A stretch of 64,000 bases of DNA from positions 8,060,001 through 8,124,000 of the forward strand of contig JBITNC010000001.1 in NCBI GenBank assembly GCA_050084985.1, in the 5' to 3' direction. Positions 54,919 to 64,000 of the stretch are shown here, piece by piece. The notes under the pieces were generated by a model. The model worked only from the letters and a program-made list of their open reading frames with translations. It was not told the DNA's origin and made no database searches. This stretch comes from Nageia nagi (lineage: Eukaryota > Plantae > Pinophyta). Position 1 is the stretch's first letter; every line of letters begins with the position of its first letter. The translations under genes were made by a program, and so were the position numbers.

Positions 54919-56789
54919 ATAGGTACAATGTAGATCTCTTACATGCAAAAAATAAACTCAACGTAGATCACAAAATATATGTGACACTCCACACAAGTCA
55001 CATATCTCTGTATGCATGTCTTCAATGAACAAGCATAATGAGTAGGTCATTTAGCAAAAAATGCTTCGTCGTATTCATAACACACCTCTAAGTAATGTCT
55101 CAAGTAGGTACACATATGTACATATGTCATTTTGAAACAAACATATTTCCTTCAGTTGGCACACAACATGCTTTGACAAGTTCAACACACTCTCCATGTC
55201 TTATACCATGTTGCTTTACTCCATGTTTGCATGTTTCAAGTCGTGGTTGACTTTATATATCATATTCTCACCAACACCACTTTACTCTATCAAAATAACA
55301 CGTATAATAATACATCATATCTCAATTCTTGCAAAATAACATGTCATATATCATATATTGCATGTAATAACATATCACTTTATTTGGTAGATGTAAATGT
55401 AGGTCTCAAAATCAAATTGGTAGTCTTCTCATAGTTGAACGACTTCTCATGTAGGATTTGAACACACTTATATTCACAAGTATTCTTCAATATGATGAGC
55501 ATTGGATGCTCTTCTTCTAAATACTACATCTTAAAATATCTTTCATACCTTAAACAAATTAAACGAACACTCATATGTAAAGCATAATTAGCTCATAATG
55601 TCATCATATGATATCCGGAGTAAGCAATTGTATTTTAGACCTCAAACTCCATGGAAGCATTGGATTTTCAACTAGCAAACAACTTAGGATCTAGTCAACA
55701 TGAAACATTAAAAGTTATTAGGAACTAAGAAAACTTTCATTCAACCTGTTATGATACCATATTGGAGTTGATCAAAACCATATTATTTTGTCTCAAGGCT
55801 AAACATGTATACTAATAACTTCACCTAACACACTAGTAATAGCTACGGGAGCTACACAAAAAAATAAACCTAACACTCTAAAAATACTTTATCTAATAAT
55901 TACTTGAAACTAACTATAATATCTCTAATATCACCCAATTGTTCAAAGGTGGTACCAAACCTACACATCAAGTGGTCTGCTTTGTGTTGAGTAAAACAAC
56001 AATCGAGTGGAGTAAGGGGATAGGGGGTACCTTAAGATTCAAACCCTAATTGATAATAAAACATGATTGTGGTTGTAAATTATTATGTTATAAATGAAAA
56101 AAATCCTTGCATAAGATAATGTTTGACACTAAAAAAAGATGATGTTAGCTACACCATATAATAATGAAGTAGTATTGTGTTGTTACCTAATACGTAACTT
56201 TCATCCATTGTTTTGAGCTTTGAAATCTTGGACAATAGATTGTATCTCTTTTAAAATGATTGATTACTTATTTTGATGCAAGGATGCAAAAGAAGGTAGT
56301 TATGAAGATCTCTTTATAATCTTTCGAGAGACAAAGGGATAAAATGTTCATATCAATTAAAGTATTTATTATTTCTCAACCCATTGTTGAAACCATTTTC
56401 TTATATTATAATTTTCAACCTTAGATAAAATTTGATGAATAATAAATAATAATAAAAATGTAAGACATACATATAATCAACTAAAATATACAATAAATTT
56501 AAAATATTTATACTAAATGATAAAAGTATTCAAAAATATAATAATAAAATATTAAAAACACACATGAAAGAACTAGATCATATGTTAACAATATAAATTA
56601 TAATAATTAATTAATTATTTTTTATATAATTTCAAACAAATTCAAACTATTAAAATTTTAATCCACAACATATAAAAGACTTGTCATTAACTTTTAATCA
56701 TATAATCAAGTTATATAAAATATAAATTCATTTTGATTTTTCAATAATAATAAATCTAACACTCCGCTGAAATTTCCTAACAAATCACC

Positions 56790-56935
56790 AAAGCCTACAT
56801 GTCACTCGTGAGTAGGCGGCATTTGACCCGCTCATCAAGCTGCCAATCGACGGCTCACATTCAACTTTCTTCTCTATCCGTGCCGAAAGTAATTAGCTAA
56901 TAGCCAAACACCCTCTCCGAACTATATAGACCTAC
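56790..56935 (+). promoter_or_regulatory. Histone H2B proximal promoter, copy 2
   Basis: Paralog of 25340-25490. First CCAAT kept; octamer-like site reads TATCCGTG; second CCAAT changed to CTAAT; TATA reads TATATAGA. Confidence 0.6.
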
Positions 56936-57040
56936 AAACCCTCTCCACAATTCTCACAATTCACAGGCTTCAGCTAATTTCTTCTTTTAGGACTTTGCTC
57001 TGTGTTTGAATTCTTTAATTTTCAGATTTCGATAGTAGCC

Positions 57041-57466
57041 ATGGCTCCCAAGGCAGAGAAGAAGCCCGCCGAGAAGAAACCAGTGGCAGAGAAGTCTCCA
57101 GCTGCGGAAAAGAAAGCTCCTGCAAAGGCAGAGAAGAAATTGCCGAAAGAAGCAGGCGACAAGAAGGGGAAAAAGAAGCATAAGAAGAGCGTGGAGACCT
57201 ACAAAATCTACATCTTTAAGGTGTTGAAGCAGGTTCACCCCGATATTGGCATCTCATCTAAAGCCATGGGGATCATGAACTCTTTCATCAATGATATTTT
57301 CGAGAAATTGGCCAACGAAGCTTCCAGACTTGCGAGGTATAATAAGAAACCCACTATTACTTCGCGGGAGATCCAGACAGCCGTGAGACTTGTTCTGCCT
57401 GGAGAACTCGCCAAGCATGCTGTGTCTGAGGGTACGAAGGCGGTTACGAAATTTACAAGCGGTTAA
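57041..57466 (+). CDS. H2B: Histone H2B (141 aa), intronless
   Basis: Intact frame, identical in protein to 25590-26015 except A114 instead of S114. Confidence 0.98.
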   Translation: MAPKAEKKPAEKKPVAEKSPAAEKKAPAKAEKKLPKEAGDKKGKKKHKKSVETYKIYIFKVLKQVHPDIGISSKAMGIMNSFINDIFEKLANEASRLARYNKKPTITSREIQTAVRLVLPGELAKHAVSEGTKAVTKFTSG

Positions 57467-59419
57467 GCGAGGGTTTGGCTTCTGTCAAAGGTGTCCGTTG
57501 ACATCACCTATGAGGTCGGAGGCGATAGATCTCTTGTCTGCTCGTTCTATTTATGCTACTTTGATGTATGAATGCGAAAAACATTATGTGGTTAAAATTA
57601 GGGTTTGTACAATTTCAATAAGCAGTTAGGTTACCGGACATTTCTAAGCCAATACTTTGGATGTAATGGCTTGGATCTGCATTTTATCTTGTTTCCCTGT
57701 TGTATAATTAAATCAAACCTTTATTTTCAAGATTGTGTCATGATTTGTGTGAGATAATGGTTGTGCAAGAACAGGGCTTGGACATGGCCCAAGTAGGTAC
57801 GAGTCAGATGTTTGAGGTCATTTCATTTTCGTTTAATATTTCGTTAGGCGCAACGATATGTTCCAACTTTCTATTTGTTGGTTTTCAAGTTTAAATTGCT
57901 TGTTTTTAATGTTGTGATTTAGCGACCTACCAAATTCTCGGTGGTTTCAATTTTGTTATTGCATTTTTTTAAGTTCTAATAACAAAATTGAAACAAAGGC
58001 TGTCGATATGGCAATATCTCTTAAAAGATATTTGGAATGAATGTTGTCTGTGTTCTTCGTTTTATTTCATTGTAGCAAAGTCTGTCTATTGTTGCATGCT
58101 ATTTGGTTGTTAAAGAAAGATACTGTGGATTGGGAAAGTTGAGGCTTTCGGTTTCGTCCTTAGGTTTTATCATCGATATGTCTTGAATTATAGGATTTCA
58201 AGCCGAAGTAATACAGTTTCGAGCTTTGGGGCTTTGAATGAGAAGTTATTTTTCTGGTATTGATTTATTTACATTTCACTCAAAATGTTCATTCTGGTGG
58301 TAAAATGGTGGAATAGTATCCTAAAAATTAGAGAATTTAATCTTCAAATGATTTTTTGCTTTTGTGGGTAATTTTCACAGGATCTGAAATTTCATAAATT
58401 ACAGGAACCCAATTTAGGAGATAGATTTTATCATGGTTTTTCGTTTGAACGTGTATGGATGATACTTTAACTAAATTTAAGCGCTCAAGTTTCAACATTT
58501 CGATCAATTTAGCCACAATTAACGGAAAATAATGGCTACCAAGGACATGACAATGGAAGAAAAATGGCCAGGAAACACATGGACGGAATCCAAAGTTATT
58601 GGGTTTGTAGGTAAGATTCCGTTTAATGTTGGCGTAGGCTTTCTTCTACATGGTTTTCTGATTGCCTTATGAAGATGATATTGTCTTGTCATTGATAACA
58701 TTTATATTTGTACATATGAACAGTAGGGCATATATTGTCTTGTGTTCGATATAGCACTGATACTACTCTTGTAAGAACTTTTATTTGATTAAATGTAAAT
58801 GTAATAAACGCTACCTATTTATTTCTTTGTAATAATTTTTGAAAGAATAATTTATTTTAGTTTTACATTAGAAGATAAATAATGAATATTCTTTCTGATA
58901 GAATAATCTTTAAAAATACTTAATGAAAATGTAAAAAATAATACATACTTTAATAAGAGTAATGTAAAATAATATATATTTTAACTAGTATCATAACTAT
59001 GAAAGGTAAAAATACTTTAATGTCAATAAAAAAAAACATACTTAAATGACGGTAAAATGTCTATATTGAATTCTGCAAAATATTTTTTTTAGTCTTACAA
59101 TAGAATTTGAATTTATTGTAGTCTTACAATAGAAGTTAAAAGAATTTTCTTTCTGAAAGAATAATCTTTAAAAGTTACATAAACGAAAATATAAAAATAA
59201 ACTAAGCTTTAATGAGAATACTATTAAATAATATTATATTTTAAGAAGTATCATGAAAAGTAGAAAATACTTTAGTGAGAATATAAAAAATAAAATATGC
59301 TTTAATGCGAATAATGGGAGGTAGAGGTTCATAGCTAATCTTCAAGTAAATGGAAGGTGCTATTACCTTTGTGGTTGGGATATTTCTTGTTGGAAAAGGT
59401 GGTCATTCATTTGCATGAT

Positions 59420-60549
59420 TTTTTTTTTCACAAGAGGAGAGGTAAGCTAAAAATAGCAGGTAATTTGGAAGGATCTTGTAATATTTTACTTCAAAATAAT
59501 TTTAAGCTTGGTGTTAATCTATGATCCTCTTTGAAACATGAAGTCTTGACTTATTATTCAAAATTTGAAATAACGGTTTCTTCGACCTAAACAAAGTGCT
59601 TGCTTGGGGTCTCCTCCTCCAACGACACTTTAGAGCAAAGACTTTGGATTTTCGCCAAAACCAAACTGAAACAAACGTTCACAACCCAACGAGCACCCAT
59701 GACTCTCCATGCGGACGAGGAACACCTAGAAAGAGAGTTGTGATTCGGATCAAGAAACCTGAAAGCGAAGATCACCAAGCAAAATACCAAACGGATTTGG
59801 GAAAGAACCCTATTTCAAACCTTGAAATAGACGAGCACCTTACCAGAGTTGAGGCCTACAAGAACATCGACTTCTCCCAGGCAAAGCCATCAGTAAAAAC
59901 TCGAGCTCAAAATGAGACGCCATAAGACAACCAGAACCCACTATAGCCAGAGTGACGCGGAGACCATTCAATATAACACTCTTACCCAAAAGAGACTTGA
60001 GACAAGGCGTCGCCAAGCAGGAGTTCACCTTAAAGACAGGAACGTTTGTAGCAGGCGTCCTTACCCTCATCATCGTTCAAGTCCGCAAAAGCGAGTATAA
60101 GCAACTTAAGAGCAAGAAGATCGATTCGCAGAGCATTTTTAAACACACCTTTAAAACTAGCAACAAAACGCTCCTCCTTCGGATCCAGAAAAGAAGTCAG
60201 AGCATCTAATCCTCCAAAAACGAAAGGTGATCCAACTGCCTACACGCATTAGGGGGAGATCCTCGAGAGACCTTGTTACCGTAGGAGGGCTCTCCAAAAT
60301 CGACACAGGACCCCAAGGGTCACTTACCTTACCAGGCAAAAATAAACATCCATTTGGGTTCTTGAGGAACTGATCTCTTCAACAGTCTAGTAGAGCTGAA
60401 GAATCTCGTCCATCCGTAGGAATCGCTACAAAAGGAACCTTCACCCTTTCAAAGCCCGTACCCTCGACGCTACGTGAGCCATCCTTACCTCCAATCGCGA
60501 TTCTAGATAACCGTCGCCTTGGTAAATCCTACCAGAGCCATTTTTTCCT
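59420..60549 (-). mobile_element. Probable retroposed, CpG-rich 1.1-kb insertion
   Basis: Perfect 11-bp flanking direct repeat atttgcatgat (59409-59419 / 60550-60560); T9 run directly inside the left copy; interior much more GC-rich than the flanks. Confidence 0.55.
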
Positions 60550-61116
60550 ATTTGCATGATAATTGTTTATGTAATATAAAAAATTAATAATTTTTACTAA
60601 GTTTTTATTGGAATATGATGTTTGATTACATTGATGTTGATCATATGCTATTTTTAAGTTTACCAAAATGAATTTATTATTTATTTTTGTAATGGTAGAA
60701 TAAAAGAATATGGAATTTGTAGGAATGTTTTTTTGTTATTCTTCATAAAATAATTTTTAAATCTGTATATTAAAATAAAATGAAGTAAAAATATTTATTT
60801 TGACATTGAAATAAATAAACTTTTAAAGATTGTATCTTAAGGTTAATAGTTTTTTAATTTGTATGGCATGTTATTGCATAATTTTCTTTATACAGATTAT
60901 CATCATATTATTGAGGAAAGTAAATATCTATTCAATCTTAGTGTGATCAATTAATAGGGTTTATGTTGAGAAAAACTATTGGTAGTGTTGATAAGAAGAT
61001 TTTTTCTTTTAAGGTAATTTTGTAAGTTCTGATGAAGATCTCTCATCTTATGAAATCAATACTTTTTTTTGACAAATATATATACACACACACAAACACT
61101 CAACAATCAACAAATA

Positions 61117-61304
61117 TGATTGGGGATTAACATATCTAATCATAAAGATGCATCAAATATGGTTGGGGACAAACACATCCAACTAATAACAAGGATGATT
61201 GGGGAATAACACATCCAACCAATAACAAGGGTGATTGGGGACTAACACATCCAATCAAGAATACAAAGGAAGTGTATGTGTTAGTCCCAAAGAATACAAA
61301 GGAA
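61117..61304 (+). repeat. 36-bp tandem repeat with self-complementary units
   Basis: tg(a/g)ttgggga..aacacatccaa units at 61117, 61160, 61196 and 61232; related units at about 21010-21068. Confidence 0.75.
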
Positions 61305-62499
61305 ATTTTGGATTCTAACTAAATTGAAAGTGTGTTGTTGTTTATCAATGTAAGCATATGGTTAGAGCTTTGGGTTCTATCAATAATACACTCTTGATCA
61401 TAAAACATGTTAAGAACACACTTAAACAAAACATAAGCATCTTCATTATGTGCAAATATACCCTAAATCCATAAAACGACTAGTTACAAGATAATATTTG
61501 AATATAAAACTACATTTTTATAGATGTTAAGCCAAGAGGCTAACCACCTCTACTAACGCTTTTAGTTACAATACTAGGTATATTACTTTTTAGCATTATT
61601 TAGGTACTCTTATGGTGAAAAACAAAATCAACAATACAAGCACCTACACCTCAACACATGTAAAACTCTGTGTACATGCAAGGTTGATTGAACAAGTGTT
61701 CGAGTGATTTTACTTTGTAGTATCTATGTGATTTTCAATATCTTTGTGTTTTTCTAATGGATGTTTCTAGTTTGCAATAGATAAGTCCCATGTTCCTAAA
61801 TCATCGCTTTACGAATTGGTCTCACATTTCAGAAGATCTTTATGTAGATAATTGTGGCTAGAAGTCATTCTTAACATATTCTATTTGCAAGTAGTTGTAT
61901 CATATCCTTCACATATTAAGTCTCCAGATATATATCTTTTAAAGAAAAATATTAAATAATGCACAAATATTCCAAGAAAAATATGAATATTCCCAAGGAC
62001 AATTAACCACAATCACTTAGACCCATCCAATGAAAATAGATCATTAAAACAAAATTCTAGAACTAGATCAAGCACAATATGGTGATGTTTATTAAAATCT
62101 CCAGATATTAACTAGTAATAAACTTAAAATTCATGACAATTGTTCCTAAAATTTTATATAAAATACTCCACAATTATTTTTCAATCATTTTACCAAAATT
62201 GAATGAATGCTTGGATCTCTTGTATAATTTGTAGTTGCATATAATGAAATTATGTTTATCCTTGCCAATAAAAAGAATAATTAAGTAGCTGTTGATGGTT
62301 TGGATCCAATTGAGATGTGGGACAATGCTGCTATTTTATTGGTCAAACTCTCCACTTCAATGCTCATGCCGCTCTTTTAACCTTGCTATAAAGGATATGG
62401 GATTTAAGAACATATAGATGTACTAACAAGTTGTGAGAGCTTAGGAAGCAACTGATAATTGCAAGCACAACAAACATTAACAACTTTATAGGTATCTTT

Positions 62500-63250
62500 T
62501 AGACATACACTAAATTGGTCGATTTACAACTAATTGAGTTTACAAATATATCAAACGCTCTTTGAAAGCAAATATTTCTCAGATGTTATGGTTGTAAATG
62601 CTCTACGAGACATGAATGCAAGTTTAAAGAATATGTACAGGATGCAGGTCTTGTTTTACAAAATAAATGTAGTAGAGAGACAACTACATGATATGCAATG
62701 ACAATTAGATGTGAACAAAATAGATTTGTTGACAATGCCATAAACATTTTTAAACAAATGCAATTGTTAGACTCAAAATCTTTTTCAACATCCCTCCAAC
62801 ATATGCTACTGGGGAAGTTTAATGAGGAGATACATTATGTCATGGAATCCAATGTTTGTAAGACATTCACAAAATGGAAAATTTGAAATGACATATGGTG
62901 CCATTGAAACATTTCTTTATGTGATGTAACAATCACAACATATGCACATGATAGATACATTGGAATAACTACTTACTTGATACAAGGTGGTATGATATTC
63001 ACCAAGGAGTAGCTAAATATGGTTATGCAAATATGGTAGAATATACAAAATCCACCTATAATTATTTGAAAAAATGCCTCATTGGTGGTCTCAAGGAATG
63101 CAATATTTATGGGTGTATGCATAATGGGAGAAGTAGAAGAAATGCGAACATCTATAAAAGAGTTGCAATATGTTTTTCATTTAATACTATGGTTGTGAGT
63201 TTTTTGATAGATATGGATGCAAAAGGAAGTTCACCTTTCATATTTGTACA
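62500..63250 (+). pseudogene. Decayed PPR gene fragments
   Basis: FSDVMVVNALRDMNAS; CEQNRFVDNAINIFKQMQL; FSFNTMVVSFLIDMDAK. Confidence 0.65.
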
Positions 63251-64000
63251 TTACCATATCTCATTATGTACAAATTTGTAAGTAATAAATGAAGCGCTCT
63301 CTCATATTTTTATGATCCACTAGCAGGTCATTCTATAAATGTGTATTGCCAAATATCCCTCAGTAATAATTAACATTCATGAACTTTAAGAAATTTAAAT
63401 AAAATCACTTGGGTCTCATTAAAACAATATTGTGTATCAAGTTCACATACACAAATACTGTACACATTGTTCATCAACTCAACAACAAATCCTTCCAAAT
63501 TTCTATCCATGACTACATACAATAATGAGACTTTAGATTTAAATACACAATATAATGGTGCACACTATCTTCTACAATGTCCACAATTATGAAATGGATA
63601 CAATTATACAAAAATATTAGATCCCTATAAACTACATAATGGAGTAATACAAATAATTTATGGTAGCCTTAATTGCTCTTAAAACTAGCTTTGATACCAT
63701 ATAAGATTTGGAAGAGGCCCAAATAAAAAAAAAAAAATTTAGATAGAAACAATAATATATGAAAATGAGATGTAGGTTATGGAGCTTAAAAAACCTCTTA
63801 CCATCAACTACCCTAATCAACTTATGCATTAATATACTAAATATAATTATTACATGATCTAATTCTCTAACATATTACTTACAACTAGCCCTAATGAAAT
63901 ATTTCTAACAATCTACATATAGAACATAAACAAACATATCACCAAGCTCCACCATATAAAAGACATACAAGAACCCACCTTGCAACCAAATATTTTTTCT

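Larger units (their letters stand above)
46001..57373 (+). repeat. Segmental duplication, copy 2, expanded by two LTR-element insertions
   Basis: Homologous to 21330-25922; both insertion sites are empty in copy 1 (near 21349 and 21707). Confidence 0.9.

Noticed and set aside
58880-59310. ~260-bp-period AT-rich direct repeat
   Set aside because: Real but low-complexity local duplication with no further structure.
61117-61256. CRISPR-like appearance of 36-bp palindromic repeats
   Set aside because: Units are adjacent without unique spacers, there are no cas genes, and the context is eukaryotic.

Overview
AT-rich, CpG-depleted plant nuclear DNA, probably gymnosperm/conifer (inferred from the style of the PLS-PPR fragments and retroelements). 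The only intact genes are two intronless histone H2B genes (25590-26015 and 57041-57466, + strand). Each ends a duplicated block of about 4.5 kb whose copies were later invaded by different elements. The rest is a graveyard of nested elements: three decayed Ty1/copia LTR elements, a non-autonomous copia derivative with an internal fold-back, a near full-length L1-type LINE (EN-RT-zf-RVT-RNase H) interrupted by one copia, several 5'-truncated LINE pieces, mosaics of PPR gene fragments, and a fragment of an ER HSP90 gene. Best candidate for an undescribed system: two independent, divergent LINE insertions both carry the same extra protein-coding region ('ORF3') upstream of the 3' tail, and in the full copy it follows ORF2. 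Also notable: a hairpin-containing non-autonomous LTR element, and an apparently chimeric H2B pair. All coordinates and alignments were read by eye; boundaries of decayed features are approximate.
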